Source of the DNA: Schizochytrium sp. TIO01
Lineage: Eukaryota > Protista > Bigyra: Labyrinthulomycetes
Length of the DNA: 64,000 nucleotides
Direction: 5' to 3'
Assembly (NCBI GenBank): GCA_004764695.1
Contig: SMSO01000034.1
Coordinates: 4,402,001-4,466,000, forward strand
Program-made: the position numbers and the translations under genes
Shown: one piece after another, positions 12,399 to 23,427 of the stretch
Layout of the letters: the number at the start of each line of letters is the position of its first letter
Position numbering within the stretch: position 1 is the first letter of the stretch
Notes under the pieces: model-generated
Told to the model about the DNA's origin: nothing
The model's database searches: none
The model's input: the letters and a program-made list of their open reading frames with translations, nothing else

Positions 12399-13394
12399 AT
12401 GTCAAACACCCCAAGCATCTTACTAAACAAAGCGTACGAGGATGTTGACACATACAGAATGCTTACAAGCACGACAAACACGTCCACAACGTTATACGAA
12501 AATATAAATGCACCCTATAGTTTTTGGTCTATCTGGAAATTGTCAATTGCTGTGACAGTCATTGCATTAATTGGCTCAACTTACTATACTGTTATTATAG
12601 TTCTCACTTTAACTCGAAGGCAATCACAAAGGCCATTGCATCGCCGTATAGCGCAAATCATGTTTTGCCAGGTCCTAGCAGCTTTGATTGGTAGTATTGT
12701 GAACATGCTCTCCCTTTTGCATGGTGACTCATGCAAAATTCTGTCACCTTTGTTTTTCCTAATTTATAGCTTTAGCAAGGCAAGTACTGCGGAGATTGCC
12801 TTCAAACGAGCTATGACGAACCTAAATGAGTACTCTGCAAGATTTCAAAGCATTCTAAAATTGCTCATGCTTTCAATTGTTGGTTCGGCGACATTCTCGG
12901 CTCCGGTATCGTATCTCCTGTGGGAAGGACGACTCGCGTTTTCAGAACAGTTCTGTGTTTCAATTCTTGAAGTTCCGCGGTGGGCTGTTATAGGGACGGC
13001 GTGCGCTGAGGCCAATTTGGCCATGATCTTGATGTTTATCTTTGTTGTGCCTGTCTACAATCATGCAAAGTCGTTCAAACATTCAGCATCGGGAGTCCTC
13101 ATGCTCAGGTTTGCGAAAAGAAATCTAATTCTTGCAGCAGTCTCCAGCCTAAGTACTTTGTCGTTCTATGTTATTTACGCAATAGCAATCAACAAGATAT
13201 CTAGTTCAGAAGATGCACAGATGTGGCTACTTTCCGCCAATTGGGTGACTCCAGCTGATATGCTCATCAATCTTGTCGTCAGCACGTTGCTTTTCTCTAA
13301 GATTTTAAAGCCACGGCTACGTCGAGCTACGGTGCCATCATCTTCTATCAGAAACGAATCATTAAAACCAAAGCCCACGATTGTCAGCACCTGA
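12399..13394 (+). CDS. Seven-transmembrane (GPCR-like) membrane protein
   Basis: 331 aa with about 7 hydrophobic segments, N-terminal N-glycosylation sequon (NTS), Cys near the start of TM3 and in the putative ECL2 (GDSC, EQFC), and a basic Ser/Thr-rich tail. Confidence 0.7.
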   Translation: MSNTPSILLNKAYEDVDTYRMLTSTTNTSTTLYENINAPYSFWSIWKLSIAVTVIALIGSTYYTVIIVLTLTRRQSQRPLHRRIAQIMFCQVLAALIGSIVNMLSLLHGDSCKILSPLFFLIYSFSKASTAEIAFKRAMTNLNEYSARFQSILKLLMLSIVGSATFSAPVSYLLWEGRLAFSEQFCVSILEVPRWAVIGTACAEANLAMILMFIFVVPVYNHAKSFKHSASGVLMLRFAKRNLILAAVSSLSTLSFYVIYAIAINKISSSEDAQMWLLSANWVTPADMLINLVVSTLLFSKILKPRLRRATVPSSSIRNESLKPKPTIVST

Positions 13395-13719
13395 CGTAGA
13401 CAATTCTTACTTTCTTGATATTGTGTGTTGCTTGAGTGTATCAAGAAGAAATCGATATCTTCACAGAGTACTTATCTGATTAAACGCCAACTTGAATTGA
13501 CTAAAGTTTAAAGTCAATTTCGCGTTGTCCTGGGACAGCAAACAGTTGGTCGAGACTACCATCTCAACTAGATCTGAAATTTGAATGTCTAGTTTTTCCT
13601 TTCTCCTTCGTCCGAGGAAAAAAGTGAGAACAGCACCATATGAAAAAGTAATGCTGTAATTTTCAAAGATGAAGTGTTAAGTTCTTGTCTATAAGAATAG
13701 CCTCTGGCAAACAAAGAAA

Positions 13720-14400
13720 GGCTAAAAAATAAAAAGTCAAGAAGGCTGACTTTGATGTACAGGACAACGGAAGAGATTTTCCTGTGATCAAGGCTTGTTT
13801 TTAAACTACAAGGGAGTGGCGAAGGTTCCTATTGAAGCTTGACCTGCAAAGACAGAAAGTTCGCGTTGATGATTGCGTGCTCAAAAGGATAAGCAAACGC
13901 TGTATATCTATTGCTTTGCAAGGGTGTAAACATTGATTTGAAGGACAAATGGGGCTCAACTGCTTTAATCATAGCATGTTTTTCAGAGAAATACATGATT
14001 ACTGAATCCTCACGCTTGAACAGAGAAATGAATTTTGCAATCATAATTCAAAGGGAGAAACTGCTTTACTGCTTTCATGTGGTGCAAAGGATGACCTTGC
14101 AGGTGCTACGCTTCTTGTTGAGAGTGGAGCAGGTTAGAATGCACCAGATGCGCATCTCATAACTACCTAAATTATCTCGCTCAAATTAGGGTCTGTTGAG
14201 CTAGCAACTCTTCTGATTCATAACAGTGCTAATCTGGATTAAAAGACAAAAACGGTTTCACCGCTTTGATGTACGCGTTCCAAAATGATAGATATAAACT
14301 AGCAGCTCAAATAATCAATCATAGTGCCCATCTCAATTTAGATGCGAAGGCGGCCATAGCGCCTTGATGTTAGCATGCATAATTCAAGATCCGTACTAAC
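13720..14400 (+). pseudogene. Degenerate ankyrin-repeat gene
   Basis: Fragments across frames: ALMIACSKG*ANAVYLLLCKGVNIDLKDKWGSTALIIAC, GETALLLSC, GFTALMYAFQND, GHSALMLAC. Many stops and frameshifts. Confidence 0.8.
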
Positions 14401-15319
14401 AGAGAGAACATAGCTTAGAGCTGAAAAACATGTTATATACATAAACTAATCCTTGCATTGAGAGTGTGAGAGTGCAGATAAAGAAAATGCGATAGCAATT
14501 GCAAATCATTGCAAGCATTTGGGTATATCCCAATTTCCCAAGTTTGTTAAGAAAGGTGACGTAACGAAACTTGTCATTAAGGACTTGCAACTTCCACGCA
14601 GTGTTTCGGCCTAGCGGCGGTATTCAAAGTTGCGCGATCTCGAGAATTTGTCACATCAAAAGCTTTTCGACTTTGGTGGGAGCCAGGAGGCAGCTTGTCG
14701 TAGAATATTACACCTACAAATGATCCAAAAGTCGCGTTCATGGACGCAAAAACTTATTAAAAATCATAGTTAAGTGTTTCAGATGTGGACGAGTTTGGAA
14801 CCCAACGTTTCTGGTACATTCTCTCCATCCTCTTCAAGCCAGGAATCGTCATGCTTACCACGCCATGCACTTTAGCACTCTGGGTCTGTGTCTGTGGTCC
14901 AGTCATGAAGCAGCATAATAGTTCACATTGGCATTTCTACACAGGTATAATACAAACTCAGCCTCCCAAGACTTAAAAAATGCGTCATGGAATAATATAG
15001 TGATTAATTAGAACATATATACATAAATACATATCAAAATAACGGAACGGATCATGCAGCAGCCCTATTTTACTGTACAAATTGAAATAAAAATAACAAA
15101 TAACTCCAAAGCTTAAATTAAAAAAGCGTGGTACTGGTACTTGTACCACATATACTATATACTTAATTAATTTGTCCGGTAAAATAAATTTTGGGTCTCC
15201 TTGTGAAGCGCATACACCAAAACCAAGACGGTGTCGCTCGAGTAGCGGATGGGCATCTGAGCATCACGTCCTGAAGCTACCGCTGCTTGGGACTGTATAA
15301 AAACACGTAATAGAGCACC

Positions 15320-17185
15320 ATGGCGTCCAAGGCAAGGACGAGTATGGAAGCCCTTGAAGAGGAGCGTGGTATATTAAGTGGTTTGGGCGGTACGAAATGG
15401 CACGATCCATGGTGTGAGCCTGGGATTGCTGCAGGTGATGCTCTATACCACGACTGTTCAGTCCTTCCCCCGGGGAGCTCTGCTCCAGAGCTTGTACGTT
15501 GGTGCAGAATCGGAGATGGCAAAGAAATTTTGGGATGTTGTGTTCCCAAACTTTTCCCAGAGGTAAATAGCTCGTGGGCCCCTGTGCAACAGGGTAGTCT
15601 CGCTAATGCATGGTGGCTGAATGCTGTAGCACTTTTGACTTCTTCTGAATCTGGGCGTTTGGCTCTCAGAAACCTAGTGGTATCGCATGCAAACGCTCGA
15701 GATGGAGGTATCTACACAGTTCGATTTTGGAAACAAGGAGGATGGACCTATGTTCACGTAGATGACCGGATTCCATGTGATGTAGCCGGGCGTCCGTTGT
15801 ATAGCAGAAGCAGGGACCCTAACGAGACCTGGCTTCTCATCATCGAGAAGGCGTATGCAAAGATCCACGGGAGCTATTTAAATCTTGAGAATGGTCGAAC
15901 TATAGAAGCTCTCCGTGATCTTACAGGTGGAGCTGCTTCTTGGATGCCACTTGATGATTGGTATACCTTTTCTGCAATGGTTCCAAAATTACCACAGCTC
16001 AACAAAGACACCGCGAGTGTTAATGATACAGCGTCTACATGCGCTATTATTGTGGGGATGCGTGTGAAACCGTCCACGCGAGACCTTCAACGTCGCAGCG
16101 ATGGTTTGCTCTCGGGGTGGATGTATGGAGTGCGTGGAGGGTTCCAAGATGCGCACGGTAAATCATTGCTAGTTCGATTTCATGACCCATGGCAATTATC
16201 GCAATGGCGTGGCCCATGGAGCAACACTGACCATAATAGCTGGCAAATGCAATCTGATGTGAAAGAAAAACTAAACCCAGATGACGAGTGGCCAGAGGAC
16301 GAATTCCATATGTCATGGGATACGGCATGTAGTCAGTTTGGTTCCGCTCTCGTATGTCAATTTCCCAGAGACCCAGATAGGGATGATTCCTCAACCCGAC
16401 TACGATTTTCAGGTGTCTTTGAAAAAGGTAACCTTGTGAGTGGAGCAGGAGGATCGCCAATAGATGAAGTGAGCTGGCTAACGAATCCAATGGTTGCCTT
16501 TTCGATACACGAACCTACCTATGTAGCAGCTTTGCTTGGGCAAGATGATGACCCACGCGTCCGCGATTTTTTCTGTGCAAAGAAAAACCGTGGGTTTATC
16601 ACAAAAGCGACAACTTCACATAACACAGATGAAGATATTGATGAAGATGGCGATTCAGATAAGGAAAGTACAGGGGGCCCAGGAAGTAAACTTGATTCTC
16701 CGATGCGAGATAGCCAAGGTATCGGAATTGCTATGCTTAAAATTGGTGATGTATCAAGCAAACATCATCGAGCGCAGAGTTTCCACACCTCAAAAGTTGT
16801 GACGCACAGTGGAGAAGATTATCGTACAGATCGTGAGGTTGCTTGCATAGCTAATTTGGGTCCAGGGAAGTATGTAATTGTTCCTAGCACTTTTGCTGCT
16901 CATATTACGGGTAATTTTATTCTTGAAGTTCTTCTTGATAAACCAGCTCGAGCTACTTTTGTACAAACTGTCAGCAAGCCTCTTCTAGACCAATTAAATG
17001 AAGAAGATAATGCAGACAAGAGCGGTTTAGATGAGGACGAGGAAGAAGATGGAATGCGCGGAAGAGGAGGCACGAAGATTAATTTCCATGCTGATCTCCA
17101 ACCCTTTAAAAATGAAGATCTTGCAGATCGTCAGGACCTTGAATTGCATGCGCTTCAGACACGCTTGCAATTGCAAATGTCTTGA
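15320..17185 (+). CDS. Calpain-like protein (CysPc + CBSW/domain III), predicted catalytically inactive
   Basis: GIYTVRFWKQGGWTYVHVDDRIP and ETWLLIIEKAYAKIHGSYLNLENG..EALRDLTGG. Domain III: AGGSP..WLTNP, REV, PGKYVIVPSTF. Triad positions read A/W/D. The C-terminus is uncertain. Confidence 0.9.
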   Translation: MASKARTSMEALEEERGILSGLGGTKWHDPWCEPGIAAGDALYHDCSVLPPGSSAPELVRWCRIGDGKEILGCCVPKLFPEVNSSWAPVQQGSLANAWWLNAVALLTSSESGRLALRNLVVSHANARDGGIYTVRFWKQGGWTYVHVDDRIPCDVAGRPLYSRSRDPNETWLLIIEKAYAKIHGSYLNLENGRTIEALRDLTGGAASWMPLDDWYTFSAMVPKLPQLNKDTASVNDTASTCAIIVGMRVKPSTRDLQRRSDGLLSGWMYGVRGGFQDAHGKSLLVRFHDPWQLSQWRGPWSNTDHNSWQMQSDVKEKLNPDDEWPEDEFHMSWDTACSQFGSALVCQFPRDPDRDDSSTRLRFSGVFEKGNLVSGAGGSPIDEVSWLTNPMVAFSIHEPTYVAALLGQDDDPRVRDFFCAKKNRGFITKATTSHNTDEDIDEDGDSDKESTGGPGSKLDSPMRDSQGIGIAMLKIGDVSSKHHRAQSFHTSKVVTHSGEDYRTDREVACIANLGPGKYVIVPSTFAAHITGNFILEVLLDKPARATFVQTVSKPLLDQLNEEDNADKSGLDEDEEEDGMRGRGGTKINFHADLQPFKNEDLADRQDLELHALQTRLQLQMS

Positions 17186-17420
17186 GTTTCCTCCCGTATA
17201 CTCCTATACATATATCTGTCAGGTGAGAAGATCATAACTAAATTCAAAACTTCTTCAAGAGAGAAATTAAACGAAGGTATTTTAAAGCGCAAAGTTGTAA
17301 TTTCGCCTGCAGGTTGGCAAATAGGTTTAATCAAAAAAAGTGTATTTGTTTATTTTGTTTGTATAGAAGCGGGCATGTTTAAAACAAGGAAGGGGACTGG
17401 TGAGGGGGGGTTGGATTGAA

Positions 17421-17792
17421 CTACATCTTGAGCTTGTGCTCCATGGTCTCATGGAAGTTGCACAAGTACTGGGTGGACATCTCAGGCTCACCGAGCCAGT
17501 CCTCAAAGCGCAGTGTGGAGTCCTTGCCAGTGTAGCTGTCAAGACCAGCGAAAGAGCTCTCAAGGCCCGGGAGGCGGTGAAACTGAGAGTAGAGGCGGTG
17601 GTCTGCTTGGTAGCGCATGGCTGCCGCAATACCCTGCTGTGCGGTCAAGTCGCGCACCCGAGACTGCATCTCCCTTGCACGACGTTCCTTCTGCATCTGC
17701 TCCACAGGGTGAGGAGGTGCGAGGTCGCTTACAGCACTCGGGAGGCCTTCACGAAGAGAGTCATGAGGGGTCGCAAGGACCGGAATTTCCAT
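17421..17792 (-). CDS. UMP1: Proteasome maturation factor UMP1/POMP
   Basis: HDSLREGL, HPVE, QGIAAAMR, RLPGLESS, YTGKDSTLRFEDWL, FHETMEHKL. Confidence 0.92.
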   Translation of the reverse strand: MEIPVLATPHDSLREGLPSAVSDLAPPHPVEQMQKERRAREMQSRVRDLTAQQGIAAAMRYQADHRLYSQFHRLPGLESSFAGLDSYTGKDSTLRFEDWLGEPEMSTQYLCNFHETMEHKLKM

Positions 17793-18946
17793 AGGGGCCT
17801 ATGTGAATCAAACCGCGAGGCCACAGAAAATGAAAGATTTAACCCAAAGAATATCAGTCAAACACACCATCGAAAGTAGAGTTGCGTACGTTTAGATCCA
17901 TGAGTGTCAGGCCAAAAGACATATATATATGCAGAGGTATGCCCAAGAGAATATGTGAAGATCGCGAAAGGTAAAGTAGATTCATAAAATCGAAAAGTAG
18001 TCACAAAGCAATCATGTCAGTTTCCATCATGTCTAGAGAATGCAGCAAACTCAAACTGAAAGTCCAAAGAGAGAAGCACAAGAAGAAGAGGCCACTAAGG
18101 ATAGTAGACGAGAAAAGGGTGAGAGCTTTGGCACAGGATGGCGATATCCGAAAAAAGCAACCGGCGCCGCATCCATAACAGTATTCTGGAGGTGCCAAGA
18201 GACATCAAGCAGACATTCAAGATTATGCGAATCACAAAGGAGTTCCTATGCTCTAAAGGTCACGTACCTGCATCGTTTTGAAGGGGCAAGGTGTCGTAGA
18301 CGTTGTCCAAGGGGGTTTGATTGTTCTTGCTTCGATCGAGCTTCGCTGGAACTTCGGCGCGGCTTTGCGCCGGACATTATTGTGCCGGTGCCGCCTATTG
18401 AAGAGGAACAGTAGGGCTATATATTGTTAATACTAATAGTTCAAAAATCCTAAGAATTTAAAACAGACATATCTGTTGCATAACATTAGAGACCTGGTAA
18501 GTAATGTCTTCCACATAGGGCTTCGTCATCACTTTGGAAGCATGGCTAAAAAAATCCAAGTATTAAGATAGCTTAGATTATTTCATGGGATTTGGGTTTT
18601 AAAAATAATGCTAGTAAATAAATTTCCCAAAGGATATTCCAAGAACTTGAATATTTGCAAGGGCGTGCTGAAACAAGGGTCCAAAGAAGTGGCCTACACT
18701 AGGACATATGCATTGTAATAAAAAATGTCAAGTTCAAGAATGTCAATCAACTATCAAAAGCATAAAAACATTGTCAGCAACAGGACTATCAATCGCGGTG
18801 AGTCTAGCATAATATTGGAAGATGCCAATGCAATGAGCATCGTGTGTATATGTGGAGAAGAGGAAAACCAAGTTATTAGATCAACGAGAAGAGCTGTTGA
18901 CCATTTCAATTGAAGAGTTGGTTAATTTTGAAGACTCCACCCTCAA

Positions 18947-19915
18947 TCACTTGCGGCCCTGACGCTTGAGGCGGGCAGCACGAATCTGCTCAAGGGTTGG
19001 AGGCTCTGAGCTCGGGTTTAAGTTTGGGTCACTCTCAGTGTTTGTGTTTGCAATAGCTCCAGGAATAAATCCTCCATATGTGAGTCCTAGACGCGCCATG
19101 ACAGTCCGCCTACGCTCCTCTGCAGCAGCCTCTGGGTCCACGTTTGTAGTTTCTGCCTGGTACGTGTAAAAGTTGGAAAATGTGCCCTTGGAGTCCATAA
19201 GCAGGTTCCAGCTACGTTCAGGCACCTTTACAAGGAAATATCTTTGGTTGTTAGCCGGTGGCGTTACCTCGATGCTGCGAATTGGGTACACAGTGGGGGG
19301 TGAAACGTTACCAAAGAATGTATGCGCCCGAATCTCGACCTCGTTTGAAGAGTCCTTGATTGCTGCTCTAGATATATTGGCCTGTGCGTAGAATCGTGTA
19401 AGAACAGTGCAGACTATGCTGGTCAGGCCTCCAAACAAAATCCAGCCAGGGTTCGTATAGAATCCCATGGCGTCCGGGATCTCGGCTAACATTTCAGGAC
19501 TCGGCGTAAAGCTCGATGCTAGGCCTAGAGCTGGGGCAAAATAAGCATCTGCAGTCAGAGCGGACCAGTACGCAGCTTGAGAGACACTAAAGGCAGCCAT
19601 AAGTCTGATGTGAGTCGCTTGGCTATTCTCGAAGACCTGGACAAAGTTATCAGGATCCACAGACTTTGCAGCTCCACTGCCCTTGCCATGTTTGCCTTTG
19701 GGTTTGTGTGAAAGCGGCTGGTGGTCGTGGCTATGTTCCTCATGACCTTCATTGGTGGTTTTTTGAGTCTCAGCAGAAGCATGGGCGCTTGAGCTAAGGC
19801 TCGACAGAGGTCTGAGACGCAGCGTCAAGCGAAGGTCACCCCTTGAGTTCAACATGAGCTGTGCCATGTTCAGTGTTGCGGAAGCAGGCTTCCGGCTCAC
19901 GAGTGAAGGGAACAT
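18947..19915 (-). CDS. Probable mitochondrial membrane protein, TMEM223/TMEM70/186-like
   Basis: Arg/Ser/Leu-rich presequence-like N-terminus from ATG 19915. Two TM segments (MAAFSVSQAAYWSAL; WILFGGLTSIVCTVL) followed by a beta-rich region (EIRAHTFFG, YFLVKV, LLMDSKGTF). Confidence 0.55.
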   Translation of the reverse strand: MFPSLVSRKPASATLNMAQLMLNSRGDLRLTLRLRPLSSLSSSAHASAETQKTTNEGHEEHSHDHQPLSHKPKGKHGKGSGAAKSVDPDNFVQVFENSQATHIRLMAAFSVSQAAYWSALTADAYFAPALGLASSFTPSPEMLAEIPDAMGFYTNPGWILFGGLTSIVCTVLTRFYAQANISRAAIKDSSNEVEIRAHTFFGNVSPPTVYPIRSIEVTPPANNQRYFLVKVPERSWNLLMDSKGTFSNFYTYQAETTNVDPEAAAEERRRTVMARLGLTYGGFIPGAIANTNTESDPNLNPSSEPPTLEQIRAARLKRQGRK

Positions 19916-21083
19916 TGTTACGTGGGTCGATAGCACGATGCAGCAGGGTCGCCTTTGACCTCCTGATTGCCAACTACAACCGCCACCCTCGAACCTAATT
20001 AAGGTTTGCTCGCACAGTCGCTTTCTCCACGCAGAGTCGCTTTGCCCAGACGCAGCTCATCTCAAATCCCTTATTCCCTTTATTTATTAGTCATTCTCAA
20101 TGATTACAAATTATAAAGGACAGACAATATTAGTAATAGAATCAGCTACCGATTACTGTAATAGCGCCCTGTGTTAGGGCAGCCGCTAATTAGCGAGGAA
20201 TATGGCCGCATACTGACACCTTATGCTAGTTCTAAAAATGTACAAGACAAAGTGGAACAGAACGTTCAAACTTCGTTCTTTATTTATTGTTATCTTGGAA
20301 CGTGGGTTCATTTGGTTAGTATTTGATTAGTAGGGGCGTAGTATGTTGTAGGTAGGTAGTAATAGGAGCCTAGGTACTCATAAGCCTAGAATTTCTTCTT
20401 TTAATTTAAGGAAAATGTTATCATTTTCATTTCTTGAAAGTTGAAAGTTAAAAAAATAAAGGAGGGCTTGGGAAGGTGAATGAGGTGATCGATCTGGAGG
20501 GCAACAGGCCTCGAAAGCGAGCGGTACGCAGCGATGGAGGCGCTCAAACACCTGGAGGAGAGACGTAAGTTGAAGCAAGAGGGCACATAGTAGGTTTGTG
20601 AAGGTTTCCTTTTTTTAGTTTTTCGAGGTGACCAGATGGGGGTTGAAAGAGACGATGAGGGCGGGGCATCGTTAGGGAGCACTGATTATAATTACACTCG
20701 GGCGGAAACAGACGAAACTGTGACGAAGAAGCCCCAAATTGCCTAATAAAAATCAGTGAGAGACCCAACGACACGTAGTCTATGTTTGACATTGATAATT
20801 TCTTTTCAAAAGTTAGTAGAATTCCCTGTGATTGATGATAATCGTGCAAAGTTGTGGCGGTCCTTAAACTTTAGGGAGATAGATCTCCGGGGTCTTGATA
20901 CCGATATTTTCAAGCATGGGGCAGGAATTATATTATCAGCGATGATGCCAATCAAGGTTGAGATTTTGCGTGAGCGTAGAAAAAGTTTTACGGACATACA
21001 GGATATTAGCCTGGTGTGACATGAATAGCGTCAAAAGTTGACCGCATTTGAGAAGTACTAACTACATGTGATTTGATGTTAAT

Positions 21084-22808
21084 ATGGATTCCAATATAGT
21101 CTCTCAGGCCGTCGCGGAGACCTTGGAGGTCGGTGCGAAGGATAATGAGGACTCCATAACGGATGACAGGGATGCAGTCTTTCTGCATGCAAACGGCGGG
21201 GCGCACAACTCACAAACCTACACCAGAGCCAGTAGCGAAGAAATGCCTGAGTTTTTTACATCGTCGAGGAGTACACCATTGTCATCTTCTCCAGCAAGAA
21301 AGCGCTTGCAGAAAGCTCGATTGAATGGTCAAAGCGGAGCCACCGGGATATCTCAGGGTTCTTCCATAGACGGCACAGCGAAGAAGGGACCCGCCTCGTC
21401 CCGAGCAACTGTACCAAATCCTGAATTTCTACACAGTGCAACAGGTGCTCTCGAAAGACACCGCGGGGAGATTGAAAGTCTACGTCCAACCTACACGTTG
21501 GAAGAGTTTCGCAACAGTAGCCAAGGATCTGCCAAAGCAGCTGTAAATTCGCTGCTAACATCTGAACGTGTGCTGCGCCCGCTTCGCTCGTTGCTTGTTC
21601 AGGCATACTTGCAAAAGCCTGATCGTTTCTCTATCAATCTTGGAGAGCTCCTGGCCGAGCTTGTAGAGGAAGACGAGATGGCTCGCCGTGATGCTGTTTT
21701 GGACTCTGACAAACAACCCTCCACTCAGAAGAGGGTTGATGAATTGAATTCAGGTAATCACGAGTACTACCTTGCCGTTGACATGCTTGAAGTGGAGCTA
21801 GCTAATACTCTCAGCACTTCATCTCTGTTTCAGCCTGAAGAAGTGACTGCAAAACAACTTGGCTACTTGAATCCAAATTTGAGCCGTGCTAGTGAGGCCG
21901 CTACTTCACCTATGCGCTCACAAAATCTCCGATCATCCAATGGCCTTCAAAGAAAGCTCTCATCAAATTTTAACGGAGACGCTGCTACCGCTGCTACCGC
22001 TGCTACCTCTGCTACCTCTGCTACCTCTGCTACCTCTGCTACCTCTGCTACTGCTGAGTATCTCGTGGAGTCCTTACACTGGTCTGGTCCGCAGCGTGGT
22101 CATAGTAATAGTTCGCGTCGGCGCTCCTCACCCTCAAAAGCGACATCAACGCCACGACCTACCTCAACAACAAAATCACGTCATAGATCGCTAGCGGGGG
22201 GGTCTAATGAGCGACGAAGCCGCTCAGCAACACGTAACACTGGCCGGCGCAAGCCAAATAGCATTACTGCAGATACGAAAAGGAGGCCGTCTAGTAAGGG
22301 CCCGTCCCAACGTCCCGATCCTCTCGCGGAGACCGTATTAATGTGGAAGCATGGGCAAGAAGATCAAATATCTCCCACACAGGATCTCTGTAATGCTCAT
22401 CGCGCGGGTGATCTTGCGTGGAAGCCTCTTCGCGAAATCCATGGCCAAGATTACGAGCTGGATGGATCTATTAATCTGGGCGGAGGCCGCTTTGAGGTAG
22501 ATTCTGATCTACAGGACATGGTCGCAGATGTTGATGAGGCTTTCCTTTCAACTTCAGCACGGCGACGACCCAACACAGCCCAACATCCAAGTGTTGCGCA
22601 ACATCAAAACAATCGTGCTTTTCAGCGCCCAAGCACAACACAATCTGGAAAACAATCCTCACGAGGGGTCAAGTCATCACAACGTGGGGTTAAATCATCC
22701 AAAACCTCCACAAAGAAGCGTTCGACCAATGCCGGACTAGCTCGCTTGCTTCGTGACACGGTCTCAACCCGCGCTCGCCAACAGCAGCAGCAACAAGAGT
22801 ACTATTAG
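21084..22808 (+). CDS. Hypothetical protein, largely low-complexity/disordered (574 aa)
   Basis: Long uninterrupted ATG-initiated ORF, Ser/Arg/Thr-rich, with an ATS repeat and poly-Q end. No recognisable domain. Confidence 0.75.
   Translation: MDSNIVSQAVAETLEVGAKDNEDSITDDRDAVFLHANGGAHNSQTYTRASSEEMPEFFTSSRSTPLSSSPARKRLQKARLNGQSGATGISQGSSIDGTAKKGPASSRATVPNPEFLHSATGALERHRGEIESLRPTYTLEEFRNSSQGSAKAAVNSLLTSERVLRPLRSLLVQAYLQKPDRFSINLGELLAELVEEDEMARRDAVLDSDKQPSTQKRVDELNSGNHEYYLAVDMLEVELANTLSTSSLFQPEEVTAKQLGYLNPNLSRASEAATSPMRSQNLRSSNGLQRKLSSNFNGDAATAATAATSATSATSATSATSATAEYLVESLHWSGPQRGHSNSSRRRSSPSKATSTPRPTSTTKSRHRSLAGGSNERRSRSATRNTGRRKPNSITADTKRRPSSKGPSQRPDPLAETVLMWKHGQEDQISPTQDLCNAHRAGDLAWKPLREIHGQDYELDGSINLGGGRFEVDSDLQDMVADVDEAFLSTSARRRPNTAQHPSVAQHQNNRAFQRPSTTQSGKQSSRGVKSSQRGVKSSKTSTKKRSTNAGLARLLRDTVSTRARQQQQQQEYY
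21981..22055 (+). repeat. In-frame 9-bp minisatellite (GCTACC[G/T]CT) x about 8, encoding ATA/ATS
   Basis: Directly visible. Confidence 0.9.
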
Positions 22809-23427
22809 AAATGAGCAACGCGAGGTGTCCAGGTTAGCCTTTGCGAACTAAGGGTTTTATATCGCCTTCGTTTTGATGTATAACTGGTGGAGGATCATTA
22901 TATACCTTCATGGGCTCGCTTACAAAACAAACTTTAACGTGGGTTTATTATAGCTATGATGATGTCAGTTCTGAGTATGATGATGTCAGCTTAGAGTTTT
23001 GATTTAAATATGGACTAATATATGCTTCGTTGTACACTTCGACAACAGAATCTCATGCCCGCCTTTCCCGTGATCATTTGCATGCAAAAAACTACTCGTC
23101 AATAATAGACACACATTTTCTACAACAACATGATCACGATACAGGAATGTGCAATACCAATACAGGCACAAGAAGAAAGAAACAGTTGGCGCATGAATTC
23201 AGAAAAATGAAAAGAAGAGAAGACCAGTAAATTTTTGATACAGTTACTACATTTGATTTAATTTCACAGATCTTTATCCATAGCTTGTTATGCTGTCTTC
23301 ATTTGAAGGAAACAGAGCATAATCTTGAGCTAACAACATACACATAAGTGCTTTATCTTTCGACATAAGCTTTTTTCTTTTGGACCTGCTACTTCTGAAA
23401 AGATGAAAATAAACTTGCAAAACTACC

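Noticed and set aside
17400-17879. Antisense ORFs over UMP1 (similarly over CIAO2B and the ATP-grasp gene)
   Set aside because: Shadow frames of well-supported genes on the opposite strand.
18013-18414. Short ORFs divergent from UMP1
   Set aside because: No recognisable domain and inconsistent frames. Cannot support a CDS call.
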